From: Dehalococcoidia bacterium | GTDB taxonomy: Bacteria; Chloroflexota; Dehalococcoidia; Bin125 | Assembly: GCA_965237475.1 (NCBI GenBank) | Contig: OZ250140.1 | Span: 2,671,399 to 2,735,398, forward strand | Direction: 5' to 3' | DNA length: 64,000 nucleotides | Shown: positions 1 to 10,669 of the stretch, piece by piece | Layout: each line of letters starts with the position of its first letter | Numbering within the stretch: the stretch's first letter is position 1 | Notes under the pieces: model-generated | Databases searched by the model: none | What the model was told of the DNA's origin: nothing | What the model saw: only the letters and a program-made list of their open reading frames with translations | Made by a program: the position numbers and the translations under genes

Positions 1-3000
1 GATGTCGCGAGTCACGTTCCACTCGAAGTCAACCTCCGAGGGGATCGGGATCGGCGGCGGTCCCCCGCCTCCGCCGCCACCCCCGCCGCCGCCACTGCTA
101 CCACGTGAGGCTGCGGTGACGGTAATTGTCACGCTGATCGTGGTGTCGATCGCCGGGTCGGGCTCGCCCGCTTCGTTCTTGCCGTCGCTAACGGACACGG
201 AGACGATGTACTCCGTCGTGCGCACGCCGGACGTTGGGCCCTTGGTCAGCAACTGGCCGGAGGCCGTGTCGATGTCGAAGGAGGCCGCGTCGGGGCCGCC
301 CAGGCTGTAGCTCAGGGAGTCGTTGTCGGCATCCGTGGCCCGCACGGGCGCGCCGATGTTCTCGCCGGCGGGAGTGTTCCGAGCGACGGAGCGGGTTGTA
401 CTGGCGCCCTCCGCGAACACCGGAGCGCGCGCGCCCGGCGCTCCCCGCACCGGATTGGCCGAAACCGCCAGAGCACTCTTGTCAGACGGTTCCCCGTCGG
501 TGTAGGCGGCGGTGGCGCGCAGGTAGTCGCCCACGTCTGCGGCAACCGCCTTGTAGGTGTCTGTGTCGGCCCCACCAATGGGGGTCCAGGAGGAGGTCCC
601 GTTGGGAGAACGCTGCCACGCCCAGGTGATGCTGCTCAGGTCGCCGTCGGGGTCGTCCAGCGTGGCGGTGAGGGTGGTACCAACCTGGGGCTGCAGCGAC
701 GACAGCGCGACCGTGCCGGGTTCCTCCACGTTCCCGACGCCGATGGTGACCGTGACGGTGTCGAAGACGCCAGACTGGTCGGTGGCGGTGACCGTCAGCG
801 TGTAGCTTGACTCGTCCTCGAAGTCGAGGGCGGCGCGGGTCCGGAGTTGGCCGGTTGAGGTGCCGATGTCGAAGAACTCTGCGCTGGTGTCGTCCAGGGA
901 GTAGGTCAACGCGTCGCCGCTATCGGTGTCGGTGGCCTCGATGGGGTCGCCGAGCTCCATGCCTGCCGGCGTGTCCTCGGGCACGCTAAGCGTGCGAGGC
1001 ACAGTCGACGGGAACGAGGGCGCGTTGTTGCCGGACACCGCTGTCCGCACGGGATGGACCGAGGCCGCCCGGGCGCTCTTGCCCGAGCCTTCCCCGTCGT
1101 CGTATGAGGCGGTCGCTTGCAGGTGGCGGCCCACATCGCCGGCGACCGGCGTGTAGGTGTCTGTGTCGGCCCCACTGATGGGGGTTCCAGGCGGGCGCTC
1201 CCACTGCCAGGTCTCGCCGGAAACGTTGTCGTCGGGGTCCGTCAGGGTGGCTTGCAGCGGGGTTCCAACGATGGGCTGCGGCGAAGACAGCGTGAGTGTC
1301 CCCGCTTCATTGACGTTCTCCACGGTGATGGTGACCGTGACGCTGTCGTCCGCACCGGACGGGTCGGTGGCGGTGACCGTCAGGGTGTAGTTGGGCGTGT
1401 CCTCGTAGTCCAGGGCGGCCTTGGTCTGCAACCGGCCGGACGCGGCGTCGATGTGGAAGGCGTCGGCCCCGGCCCGGTCCAGGCTGTAGGTCAGGGGGTC
1501 GTTGTCGGGGTCGGTGGCCATCAATGGCGCGCCGAGGTTCACGCCCGCGGCCGTGTTCTCCGGGATCGTGCGGCTGTCCGCCGCCGCCGGGAAGGCCGGG
1601 GGTTCATTCACGTTGGCGACCAGAATCGTCACACTGATCGTGTCGTCCGTCCTCTCGTCAGCGTCGCTGTTGGCATCCTTGCCGTCGCTGACGGAGACGG
1701 TGACGCGGTAGCTGTCCCCGGTTTCATAGTCGAGGGCGGCTTTGGTGCGTAGCTGGCCGGTGGAGGCGTCAATGTCAAAGGACTCCGCGCCGGCGGCGTC
1801 CAACGAGTAGGTCAGGGTGTCGTTGTCGGCGTCGGTGGCCGTCACCGCAGCGCCGATGATCACGCCCGCGCCGGTGTTCTCGGCCACGCCGCGCGTCGTG
1901 GTCGCGCCCTCGCCGAAGACCGGCGGCGTGTTCGCCCGGCGCGTCACCGTCACGGTGTAGCTGTGCGGCGTCGGGCTGCCGTCCGCGGTGGTGACCTCAA
2001 TGGTGATCACGTTCGAGCCCACGCCGAGGGGTACCGAGTCGCCGCTCGTGTAGGTGTCCGCGGCCTTCGTGATGGCAATCGTGTCGACGGGGTTGTATGC
2101 CGTCGCGCTCACGGCCGGGGATGTCACATCGTGGTCCACGGAAGCGGTATAGGCGACGGTGCGACTGGCGAAGTCCGGCTCGATGGTCGCGCCGCTGAAC
2201 GTCAGTGACCTGAGGCTGCAGAACGGCAGGTTCAGGCCGGGGGTGTCGCCGTCGTCAGCGGTGTCGCCGTCGCCGTTCGCGTCCACCGCGATGAAGTCAT
2301 GGGCCGGGACGCCGATCGGCAGGTCCGGGGCGGTGAGGAGGTCGCGCAACCCGTCGGGCACGCACCCGGTCAACGCGTTGCCCGCGAAGCGTGCGGTCGC
2401 CAATCCATTGAGGGCGCCCAGCGCTTCCGGGATCGGCCCGGTCAGCCGGTTCCGGGAAAGGTGGAGCAGATCCAGTTGCGTGAGGCTGCCCAACTCCTCC
2501 GGGATCGTCCCCGTCAACTGGTTGCCCCGCAGCGACAACTCCTGCAGTTGCGTGAGGCTGTCCAGCCAATCCGGGATCGACCCGCTCAACTGGTTGTCGC
2601 CGAGGTGGAGGTCCTGGAGCCGGGTGAGGGCGCGCAAGTCCGGGAGCATCCCCCTCAACCGGTTGTCCCCGAGATCCAGGGTCGTCAACTCGGTCAGGCC
2701 GCCCAGCTCGGCCGGCAGGTTCCCGCGCAAGTTGTTGGAAGAGAGGTCCAGGCCGGTGACGCGGCCGCCGCTCGCGGTGACGCCATACCAGTCATCGAGC
2801 GGTTCTGTGCTGCTCCCCCAGTTGGTGCCGTCCGTCCAGCTCGCGCCGCCGGTGCTGTTGTACAGCGCCATCAGCGCGTCCGCGTCCGACGCCTCCGACC
2901 CATCGCGGAACACCTGCACGGTGTAGGTCTGCTTGAGGAGGGCGGAGTTTGACGGCGTGACTTCGATGGTGATCTCGTTCGATCCCACGTCCAGCGGCAC

Positions 3001-5379
3001 CTCGTCTCCGTTGGCGTAGGTGTTCGCGCCCTTCCTGATCGACAATCGGTCACCGGCAGCGGCATCGGCCAACGTCGCCGTCAGCGTCGTGGATTCCACA
3101 GTGTTGGCCACGTCGGCGGTGTAGACCGCAGTGCCACTGGCGAAGGACGGATCGAGGGTCACGCCGCTGAACGCCAGCGCGTTGAGCATGCAGAAGGGGA
3201 GGCTCAGGCCGGGGGTGTCGTCCGGGTCGTCGGTGTCGCCGTCGCCGTTCGCGTCCACCGCGATGAAGTCATGGGGCGGGGCGCCGCTTGGCTGGTCCGG
3301 CGCGTTGAGGAGATAGCGCAACCCTGGGGGCACGCACCCGGTCAACTCATTGCGTGCGAAGCCTGCGACCGTTAACTGGGTAAGGTTGCCCAGCTCCGGT
3401 GGGATCTCCCCCGTCAACTCGTTTTGCCGGACAGACAGCCCCGTCAGCTGGCTGAGGCTGCCCAGCGAGGCGGGGATCGCCCCGCTCAACTGGTTGCCCC
3501 ACAGCCACAGTCCCTGCAGGTTCGTGAGGTCGCCCAGCCAGCTTGGGATCGACCCGGTTACCTGGTTGCGCGCGATAGACAGTTCCTGCAGGTTGGTGAG
3601 GCGGCGGAGGTCTGGGATCGGCCCGTCCAACGCGTTATCCTGCAGACCCAGATGCTGCAGACCGGTGAGGTTGCGGAGCCAGGCGGGGATCGGCCCGCTC
3701 AACCGGTTCTGACTCAGGTACAAGCGCTGCAGGTTGGTGAGGGCGCTGAGGTCTGGAATCGGCCCGCTCAACTCGTTGCCCCATAGATACAAATAGAACA
3801 GGCCGGTGAAGTCGCCCAACCAGGCCGGGATTGGCCCTGTCAACTGGTTTGCGTTCAGGTACAGGGCTTGCAGCCCCGTGAGGCTGCCCAACTCCTCCGG
3901 GATCGTCCCGCTCAACTGGTTTCCACTGAGCGACAGTTCGGTCAGGTTGGTGAGCTTCCCCAGCGAGGGGGGGATCGACCCGCTCAACTCGTTGCCCCAC
4001 AGATACAAAACGAACAGGCCGGTGAAGTCGCCCAACCAGGCCGGGATTGCCCCCGTCAACTGGTTTTCGCTCAGGTACAAGTATCGCATCCCGGTGAGAG
4101 TGGCCAGGTCCGGGATCGGACCGCTCAGCTCGTTTGCACTGAGCGATAGTTGGGTCAGGTTGGTGAGCTTGCCCAGCGAGCCGGGGATCTCGCCGGTCAA
4201 CTGATTGCCCCACAGAATCAGTTGCAACAGGCTGGCGAGGTCGCCCAGCGAGGCGGGGATCTCGCCCGTCAACTGATTGCCCTGCAGTTCCAGGTACTCC
4301 AGGTTCGGCAGGCCGCCCAGCGAGGCGGGGATCGCTCCCTCCAACTGGTTAGCGTCCAGCTGCAGGGTGACCAGCTTGGTGAGGTCGCCCAGCGACGCCG
4401 GGATCCGCCCGCTCAACTCGTTGTTGTTCAGGTGCAGCTCGAGCAACTCACCGAGGTTACCGAGCGAGGCGGGGATCGACCCGCTCAACTCGTTGTCGTA
4501 TAGAATCATGTTGGTCAACTGGCCGAGGTTGCCCAGCGAGGACGGGATCGGCCCGCTCAACTGGTTTCCGTATAGTCGCAGATACAGCAGTTGGCTGAAG
4601 TTGCCAAACGAGTCCGGGATCGGCCCGCTCAACTGATTGCCCCACAGATTTAGGTACTGCAACTGCGCGAGGTTGCCCAGCGAGGACGGGATCGGCCCAC
4701 TCAACTGGTTTCGATCGAGATACAGATCGACCAACTGGTCGAGGTTGCCCAACTCCCTCGGCAACGTGCCTACCAAGTTGTTGTTCCACACGCCCAGGTA
4801 TGAGACGCGGCCGTCGGTGTTCGTGTTGACCTGAAACCAGTCCCCGATCGCTACCGTGCTGCCCCAGTCGGTGTTTTCCGTCCAGTCCGGGCCGGCGGTG
4901 CTGTTGTACAGCGCCATCAGGCCGATCGTGTCCTGCGCGGCCGGTCCGTCGCGGATCACCAGCACGCCATAGGTCTGCGTTGTCGTTGTCGCGCCATCCG
5001 TGTGGGTCACCAGCACGTCGAAGCGCTTGCCCTCCGTCGGGATGTCCACCTGCTGGCCGCCGGTGTTCGGGTCGCCGTCCGCGAGCGTCGTTGCGTCGGT
5101 CTCCTGATAGGCCACGACACCGTCGCCGTCGGGCGCGCCCGCGACCGTGATCTGGGTCACGCTGTCGGCCACGGGGACGGTGTAGAAATAGACCGTGCTG
5201 CTGAACGCCGGGTAGAGCGTGCCCGGCGTCACCGTCAGCGCGCGCAGTGCGGCCTCATCCGCGGTGTGGGCGCGTACCAGGCCAGGCCGTGAAATGAAGG
5301 ACGCAAGCGCGGCGATCAGGGCGACAACGGCGACGATCCCTAGCGCGGAAACCGCAGTCGTGAGGGCTTTTTCACGCAT
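1..5379 (-). CDS. Giant secreted/surface protein (>1793 aa, runs off the window): signal/TM segment, cadherin-like beta-sandwich, ~21 plant-type LRRs, beta-sandwich, ~6 LRRs, beta-sandwich, several cadherin repeats, Gly-rich linker
   Basis: Manual minus-strand translation from ATG 5379 (MREKALTTAVSALGIVAVVALIAALASF) stays open to position 1. It contains repeated LxxLxLxxNxLSGxIPxxLGxL units, two LRRNT caps (ALYNST.G..W) and cadherin motifs (AENT...ATDAD.D.LTYSL...LDYE). Absent from the ORF track because the stop lies outside the window. Confidence 0.92.
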   Translation of the reverse strand, partial: MREKALTTAVSALGIVAVVALIAALASFISRPGLVRAHTADEAALRALTVTPGTLYPAFSSTVYFYTVPVADSVTQITVAGAPDGDGVVAYQETDATTLADGDPNTGGQQVDIPTEGKRFDVLVTHTDGATTTTQTYGVLVIRDGPAAQDTIGLMALYNSTAGPDWTENTDWGSTVAIGDWFQVNTNTDGRVSYLGVWNNNLVGTLPRELGNLDQLVDLYLDRNQLSGPIPSSLGNLAQLQYLNLWGNQLSGPIPDSFGNFSQLLYLRLYGNQLSGPIPSSLGNLGQLTNMILYDNELSGSIPASLGNLGELLELHLNNNELSGRIPASLGDLTKLVTLQLDANQLEGAIPASLGGLPNLEYLELQGNQLTGEIPASLGDLASLLQLILWGNQLTGEIPGSLGKLTNLTQLSLSANELSGPIPDLATLTGMRYLYLSENQLTGAIPAWLGDFTGLFVLYLWGNELSGSIPPSLGKLTNLTELSLSGNQLSGTIPEELGSLTGLQALYLNANQLTGPIPAWLGDFTGLFYLYLWGNELSGPIPDLSALTNLQRLYLSQNRLSGPIPAWLRNLTGLQHLGLQDNALDGPIPDLRRLTNLQELSIARNQVTGSIPSWLGDLTNLQGLWLWGNQLSGAIPASLGSLSQLTGLSVRQNELTGEIPPELGNLTQLTVAGFARNELTGCVPPGLRYLLNAPDQPSGAPPHDFIAVDANGDGDTDDPDDTPGLSLPFCMLNALAFSGVTLDPSFASGTAVYTADVANTVESTTLTATLADAAAGDRLSIRKGANTYANGDEVPLDVGSNEITIEVTPSNSALLKQTYTVQVFRDGSEASDADALMALYNSTGGASWTDGTNWGSSTEPLDDWYGVTASGGRVTGLDLSSNNLRGNLPAELGGLTELTTLDLGDNRLRGMLPDLRALTRLQDLHLGDNQLSGSIPDWLDSLTQLQELSLRGNQLTGTIPEELGSLTQLDLLHLSRNRLTGPIPEALGALNGLATARFAGNALTGCVPDGLRDLLTAPDLPIGVPAHDFIAVDANGDGDTADDGDTPGLNLPFCSLRSLTFSGATIEPDFASRTVAYTASVDHDVTSPAVSATAYNPVDTIAITKAADTYTSGDSVPLGVGSNVITIEVTTADGSPTPHSYTVTVTRRANTPPVFGEGATTTRGVAENTGAGVIIGAAVTATDADNDTLTYSLDAAGAESFDIDASTGQLRTKAALDYETGDSYRVTVSVSDGKDANSDADERTDDTISVTILVANVNEPPAFPAAADSRTIPENTAAGVNLGAPLMATDPDNDPLTYSLDRAGADAFHIDAASGRLQTKAALDYEDTPNYTLTVTATDPSGADDSVTVTITVENVNEAGTLTLSSPQPIVGTPLQATLTDPDDNVSGETWQWERPPGTPISGADTDTYTPVAGDVGRHLQATASYDDGEGSGKSARAASVHPVRTAVSGNNAPSFPSTVPRTLSVPEDTPAGMELGDPIEATDTDSGDALTYSLDDTSAEFFDIGTSTGQLRTRAALDFEDESSYTLTVTATDQSGVFDTVTVTIGVGNVEEPGTVALSSLQPQVGTTLTATLDDPDGDLSSITWAWQRSPNGTSSWTPIGGADTDTYKAVAADVGDYLRATAAYTDGEPSDKSALAVSANPVRGAPGARAPVFAEGASTTRSVARNTPAGENIGAPVRATDADNDSLSYSLGGPDAASFDIDTASGQLLTKGPTSGVRTTEYIVSVSVSDGKNEAGEPDPAIDTTISVTITVTAASRGSSGGGGGGGGGGGPPPIPIPSEVDFEWNVTRDI

Positions 5380-5649
5380 GGCAGAACATTACATTCATGT
5401 GCTCGACGGGCTTGCGTCGAAGCGAGCGTTCTGGGGCGACGTTCCTTCTCAGTCGCTCCGCGTCGTTGCAAGCCCTCGAGGCGGACATCGATACACGGTC
5501 GCCCCCAAGCCTGTTGCCCTTCGCGAATCGAAGGGAGGAGGAAACGTCCGACGATTCTAAACGAACGCCCGTCAACTGTGCATAGTCGTGGGTGTGACCA
5601 CCGGCGTCCGCGCGCGCGGGTGGCCTGGTACACCCGCACTGATCTCGGA

Positions 5650-5967
5650 ATGGAGTGGGTCTCGGCCGAGGACCGCTGCCCGGCCGGGTTTCGGCTCAAC
5701 CGCCTCGAGGCGATCGAGCAAGCTCTGCAGCGGTTCCACGACGGGCTGGCCTTGCTCCCGATCGACGCACGCGCGTTGGGCGGGCGGATGAGGGCGGGCC
5801 ATGGGGAGTACTACCGCGAACTGCAGGCGCCGCTGGAGGCCACCCGACAGCCAGGTCCGCCGGCGGGTGAGCTCGCACGAGTGCAGCAGCTTGACACGCT
5901 CCTGCACTCGGCCGACGCATGCTGTCGCGCGGTCGGCGCGACCTTGACGGTCCTCAGCGCGATCTGA
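5650..5967 (+). CDS. Hypothetical helical protein (~105 aa)
   Basis: ORF with plausible codon usage filling the gap before the amine oxidase; no recognisable motif. Confidence 0.5.
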   Translation: MEWVSAEDRCPAGFRLNRLEAIEQALQRFHDGLALLPIDARALGGRMRAGHGEYYRELQAPLEATRQPGPPAGELARVQQLDTLLHSADACCRAVGATLTVLSAI

Positions 5968-6167
5968 CGTCAAGTGGCATACGATCGTGCGTCATCTCTC
6001 TCTGGTACGCGGGGTTGCGTTCGGTTTCCGGGCGAGGAGCATGAGGTACTCCTTCGTCCCGCAGAGGCGCCGGCGGACTGAGCCTTGCCCCGAGGGTAGA
6101 CTGGCCGCATGTCGCCGGCGGCGTGTCACCGCACACCCGCGTGCACGGCTCCCCGCGGGAGAGAAAA

Positions 6168-8099
6168 ATGGTCGTCCAAGAGGCTCAGGCCGACACCAGC
6201 GCCGACGCGCGTCAGAACCCGCACCCGCTTGACCCGCTCGGCGCGAGCGAAATCGAACAGGCCGCCGCGCTCTGCCGAGAGCGCAACAGCTCCGACAGGC
6301 TGCGCTTCGTCAGCATCGCCCTGCAAGAGCCCGCCAAGTCCGACGTCTATGCCTTCACGCCCGGCGCCGAGATCGCACGCCGTGCGTTCGTCGTCATGCT
6401 CGACCGCGCCGACGGCAACGTCTACGAGGCGATCGTCGACCTCAGCGGCGGCCGCATCGAGTCTTGGCAGCATCGGCCCGGCGTGCAGACGATTCCGCTG
6501 CTCGAGGAGTTCCAGCAGGCGGAAGCTCTGATCAAGGCCGACGCCAACTGGCTCGCCGCCATGAAGAAGCGCGGCCTCACCGACGTCGACACGATCTGGG
6601 TCAACCCCTGGCCGGCCGGCAACTTCGGCGATCCCGACGAAGAGGGCCACCGCCTCTTGCGCGGCGTCAGCTACGCGCGCGACGAGATGGCCTCACACGG
6701 CTACGCCCGCCCCGTCGAAGGCATCGTCGCGCTCGTCGACCTCAACGAAGAGCGTGTCGTCAAGGTCTTCGACGAGGGCGACGCGCCGGTCCCGACCGCC
6801 GATGTCCGCTACGACGCCGAGTCCCAGCCGTCGCTGCGCGACGACCTCAAGCCACTCGAGATCAGCCAGCCTGAGGGCGTCAGCTTCGAACTCGATGGCC
6901 ACGAGCTGCGCTGGCAGAAATGGCGCATGCGCGTCTCCCTCCATCCCCGCGAGGGGCTCGTGCTACACCAGGTCGGCTACCAGGATGGCGATGAGCTGCG
7001 GTCAATTATGTACCGCGCCGCGCTCTCGGAGATGGTCGTCCCCTACGGCGACACCAGCGTCGGGCAGTACTGGAAGAACGCGTTCGACAGCGGCGAGATC
7101 GGCCTTGGCCGGTTCAGCAACTCGCTCGAGTTGGGCTGCGACTGCCTTGGCGAGATCACCTATCTCGACGGCGTCGTCAACAACGAGGTGGGCGGCTCCC
7201 GCGTCCTCTCGAACGCCGTCTGCATCCACGAGGAGGACTCCAACCTGCTCTGGAAGCACACCGACCGCCACAACGACATGCACGCCGAGGTGCGGCGCAA
7301 CCGCCGCCTGGTCGTCTCCTCCTGGGCCACCGTGGGCAACTACGACTACGGCTTCTACTGGTACTTCTACCAGGACGGCAGCATTGAGCACGAGATCAAA
7401 CTGACCGGGATCATCCAGACCAAGGGCGTCTCGGACGACGAGCCCTCGATCACCGCCCATCGGGTCGCCAAGAACCTGGCCGGCCCGATCCACCAGCACT
7501 TCTTTAGCGTGCGCATGGACCTCGACATCGACGGCACTGAGAACAGCGTCTACGAGGTCGACAGCGAGCCGTTGCCCGCCGCCCAGAACCCCTACAACAA
7601 CGCCTTCCAGGCGGTGCAGACCCTGATCGGATCGGAGTCCCAGTCGGCCCGCAAGGTCAACTCGCATGCGGCGCGCCACTGGCGGGTCGTCAATCCCGAG
7701 CGGCTCAACGCCGTCGGCGAGCCCGTCGCCTACGCCATTTTTCCCGGTGAGACCTGCGCCATGATGGCCGGCGAGGACTCCGCCGTCGGCAGGCGCGCCA
7801 GCTTCGCGCGCAACCAGCTCTGGGTCACGCAGTTCGCCCCCGACGAGCTCTACGCCGCCGGCGACTACCCCGCGCAGTCCAGCGGCGGCGACGGACTTCC
7901 GGCCTTCACCGCGCAGAACCGCGCGCTCGAAGGCGAGGACGTGGTGCTCTGGTACACCGTCGGCGTCAACCACATCGTGCGCCCCGAGGACTTCCCGGTC
8001 AGCCCGGTCCACAACAGCGGCTTCGCTCTGCGACCGTGGGGCTTCTTCGACGCCAACCCCGCACTCGACGTCGCGCCGCCCGAGGGGCATTGCGACTGA
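6168..8099 (+). CDS. tynA: Copper-containing primary amine oxidase
   Basis: HPLDPL N-terminus, NSLELGCDCLG, TPQ-precursor motif TVGNYDY, copper ligands HQH and later H (NHIVRPEDFPV), FFDANPALD C-terminus. Confidence 0.95.
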   Translation: MVVQEAQADTSADARQNPHPLDPLGASEIEQAAALCRERNSSDRLRFVSIALQEPAKSDVYAFTPGAEIARRAFVVMLDRADGNVYEAIVDLSGGRIESWQHRPGVQTIPLLEEFQQAEALIKADANWLAAMKKRGLTDVDTIWVNPWPAGNFGDPDEEGHRLLRGVSYARDEMASHGYARPVEGIVALVDLNEERVVKVFDEGDAPVPTADVRYDAESQPSLRDDLKPLEISQPEGVSFELDGHELRWQKWRMRVSLHPREGLVLHQVGYQDGDELRSIMYRAALSEMVVPYGDTSVGQYWKNAFDSGEIGLGRFSNSLELGCDCLGEITYLDGVVNNEVGGSRVLSNAVCIHEEDSNLLWKHTDRHNDMHAEVRRNRRLVVSSWATVGNYDYGFYWYFYQDGSIEHEIKLTGIIQTKGVSDDEPSITAHRVAKNLAGPIHQHFFSVRMDLDIDGTENSVYEVDSEPLPAAQNPYNNAFQAVQTLIGSESQSARKVNSHAARHWRVVNPERLNAVGEPVAYAIFPGETCAMMAGEDSAVGRRASFARNQLWVTQFAPDELYAAGDYPAQSSGGDGLPAFTAQNRALEGEDVVLWYTVGVNHIVRPEDFPVSPVHNSGFALRPWGFFDANPALDVAPPEGHCD

Positions 8100-8253
8100 C
8101 CGCCGGGCGACTGCACCTACCCCTGCCGAGCCGGGTCGAGCGAGGTCCGTCTTCCCGTTCGTGCTGCCCGCCCTGCTTGTCCTGAGCTTGCCGAAGGGAG
8201 CCCGCCGAAGGCAGCTTGTCCCCAGAGCGAGCTTTCCCTGTCAGGGAGGCACT

Positions 8254-8472
8254 AGCCGGCTGCTGAAAAAGACAACGCGCCCGCTCTCCTCTCTCCCCCC
8301 GCGATGCGGGGGGAGATGTCCCGTAGGGACAGAGGGGGGCCCGGCCGTGCCGGACCAGATGGGCCACGCCGTTGCGTCGGGGCTGCAGCCCCCCTCTGCC
8401 TTCGGCATCTCCCCCCGCGATGCGGGGGGAGAGAGGAGAGCGCCAACCGGCGGACTTTTTCAGCAGCCTGCT
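8254..8472. mobile_element. MITE (~220 bp) with 18-bp terminal inverted repeats, carrying an inverted pair of palindromic repeats
   Basis: AGCCGGCTGCTGAAAAAG (8254-8271) and CTTTTTCAGCAGCCTGCT (8455-8472) are inverted repeats with 1 mismatch; the interior is non-coding with CCCCCTCTG..CATCTCCCCC..GGGGGAGA hairpins. Confidence 0.7.
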
Positions 8473-8641
8473 GAGGCGACGTCAAGATTCCATCGAATGC
8501 GCGCGCGCTCGTCTTCGACGGCGCCGCCGGGACAGCAGCGCGTGCGTCTTGCCACCACCGAAGGGGGTTCTGCGTGACCGAGGGGCCGTCGCGACTATTG
8601 TCCTACCATCGACCCCACGGGCGGTTGCAGCGCACGTGGGC

Positions 8642-9093
8642 GCGGTCAGCGGTGCGGCCCCGCGATCAGGCCGGCCCGGGCCCCCACCGCCACGCGCCAG
8701 AAGGGGGAGCGCGGGCTGTTGCCCGCGACTCCTACCCATCCAACCGGTCGGGCGGCTAGGCCCGCTTGAAGTAGTGCGGGTACTCCAGCGCCGCGTTGAG
8801 CGAGTTCGTCCGCACCACGTAATCCGTCACGTTTCCCAGGTTCGACTGGAATGCCAGGAACGTCCCGGCTGCTCCCTGCTGGCTCGGCGTGAAGTAGTGC
8901 CAACCGGCCTCGTACTGCTGCGCCTCCAGGATCGCTAGCCGGTGCTCCTCGAAGTCCGTGGTTTGGAGCATCGTGTCGAGCAGCGCGTTCAGTACGGGAT
9001 CGCTCGCGGCGCTGTGCGAGAGGATGCTGTTATTCCGGACCGCGCCCGGCGGGTAGTAGTGCTCGTACTGGCCAACAGCCCCGGCGCCACGCG
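8642..9093. repeat. Direct repeat copy 1: 3' end of the SBP gene plus downstream DNA
   Basis: Aligns by eye, with scattered substitutions, to 13165-13590. Confidence 0.9.
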
Positions 9094-10669
9094 GGATGTG
9101 CGCCAGCCCGGGATGGTTCCCCACCGCCGTAGTGATGATGTAGTCCGAAGAGTAATCCTGGGGCCGCAGGGTCAACTCGATGCCCGCCTCCTGGGCGAAC
9201 ACCGCAATCAGTTCCGTCATGATGTTGAACGGCTCGCCGTAGCGCGCCGTCGTGGTGCTCAAGACCGTCTCGAACCCGTCCGGGTACCCGGCCGCGTCCA
9301 GCCGCTGCTTCGCCCCCGCGATATCTAGCCGGAACGTCTCGGCCCCCGCATCCGACATCTGCGGGTCCGACGGTTTGAACTGGAACTGCCGCTGCGGATC
9401 CAGCCAGAACGGCCGCTCCAACGCCGGCACCGTCGTGTTCCACAGCAGCGGCATGTCGATCCCCAGCGCCCGCACGCCGCTCACGTTGTAGGCCGCCTCC
9501 AGCATCCCATCCCGGTCCAGCGTCATCGACACCGCCTGTCGCACCCGCGGGTCCTGCCAGGGCTTGTCCTGCGACTCCGGGGTCCCCGAGTAGGAGATGT
9601 AGCTGGCCCCAATAAAGCTCTCCCGCACGTCGACGATTGTCTCCGGATCGTTGTCCAGCACCCGCTCCAGGTCCTGCCCCTGGACATCTAGCCAGTCCAG
9701 GTTGCCGGCCTGGAACTGGGTCAGCCGCGTCGCGTACTCCGGGATGAAGTTGATCACGAGCCCGTCCACGTAGGGCCCGCCTTCGATGATGTGCCAGTCC
9801 GGGTTGCTGCGGAAGGTCGCCGCGACCCCTGTCTGGTACGAGTCCATAATCCACGGACCCGTCCCGACCAACTGCTGCGACGGGTCGAACAGATCCCCCG
9901 TCTCGCGCGGCATCTGGAACACGTAGAACGGATCGGTCACGAACATCAGACCACGCGGCTGGTTCAGCGTCCATCTGACCGTGTGCGACTCCACCGCCTC
10001 CAGGCCGGCCAGCCAGTCGAAGTCGGGGGATTGTGCGTGGGCCGCCGTCCCCGCGATCTCGCCCCGGAACCGGGACATCGAGAACTGTAAGTCCTCGGCG
10101 TCGTACTCGCGGCTCACTGGCGGGTGGAACATCACCCCACGGCGCAGGTTGGTGATGTACTCCAAGCCATCCGGGTCCACGATCTCAAACGTCTCGATCA
10201 GGTCGGATTCGACCTCGCCCAGCGTCGGCTCGATCCCCGGCCCCGCTTTCTGCCGCATCAGCTGGCTGTAGGAAAACGCCGCAATCTGCTCTGTCGTGAA
10301 ACTCGTCCCGACGAACGGGTCCAGGTTCGTCGGGTCGCCCGCGAGCCAGGTGTTGAACGTGCCACCGCGGACGGCCCCACCGGCCAGGACTTGTTCCGCG
10401 GGCTGCTCTTGCTCCGCGACCTGCGCGGCCTGTTGCTCGGCGGCCTGCTCCTCGACCTGCGCGACCTGCGCGGCCTGTTGCTCGGCCTGTTGCTCGACGG
10501 CCTGCTCCTCGACCTCGGCGGCGGCGTCATCGTCGTCGCCGCCGCAGCCGACCAGGGCGAGGCCGGCCGCGCCGACGCCCGCGCGGGCGCTCACGTTCAG
10601 CAGCGCGCGCCGACTCAGACGCGAACGCTGAAGACGCTGCCAATAGGTGCGTTCTTGCCTCAATGTCAT
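8756..10669 (-). CDS. ABC transporter substrate-binding protein, family 5 (Opp/Dpp-like), Tat-exported lipoprotein
   Basis: SRRALL twin-arginine signal, LVGC lipobox, E/Q/A-rich linker, RGGT, GTGPW and DPRVRQAVS motifs. Confidence 0.93.
   Translation of the reverse strand: MTLRQERTYWQRLQRSRLSRRALLNVSARAGVGAAGLALVGCGGDDDDAAAEVEEQAVEQQAEQQAAQVAQVEEQAAEQQAAQVAEQEQPAEQVLAGGAVRGGTFNTWLAGDPTNLDPFVGTSFTTEQIAAFSYSQLMRQKAGPGIEPTLGEVESDLIETFEIVDPDGLEYITNLRRGVMFHPPVSREYDAEDLQFSMSRFRGEIAGTAAHAQSPDFDWLAGLEAVESHTVRWTLNQPRGLMFVTDPFYVFQMPRETGDLFDPSQQLVGTGPWIMDSYQTGVAATFRSNPDWHIIEGGPYVDGLVINFIPEYATRLTQFQAGNLDWLDVQGQDLERVLDNDPETIVDVRESFIGASYISYSGTPESQDKPWQDPRVRQAVSMTLDRDGMLEAAYNVSGVRALGIDMPLLWNTTVPALERPFWLDPQRQFQFKPSDPQMSDAGAETFRLDIAGAKQRLDAAGYPDGFETVLSTTTARYGEPFNIMTELIAVFAQEAGIELTLRPQDYSSDYIITTAVGNHPGLAHIPRGAGAVGQYEHYYPPGAVRNNSILSHSAASDPVLNALLDTMLQTTDFEEHRLAILEAQQYEAGWHYFTPSQQGAAGTFLAFQSNLGNVTDYVVRTNSLNAALEYPHYFKRA

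Noticed and set aside
2-310. Poly-proline ORF on the plus strand
   Set aside because: Antisense shadow of the Gly-rich linker in the giant minus-strand gene.
3330-4810. Diversity-generating retroelement acting on the LRR array
   Set aside because: No reverse transcriptase in the window, and repeat differences are not adenine-specific.
10405-10520. Short tandem DNA repeats as a separate element
   Set aside because: They encode the E/Q/A-rich linker of the solute-binding protein.
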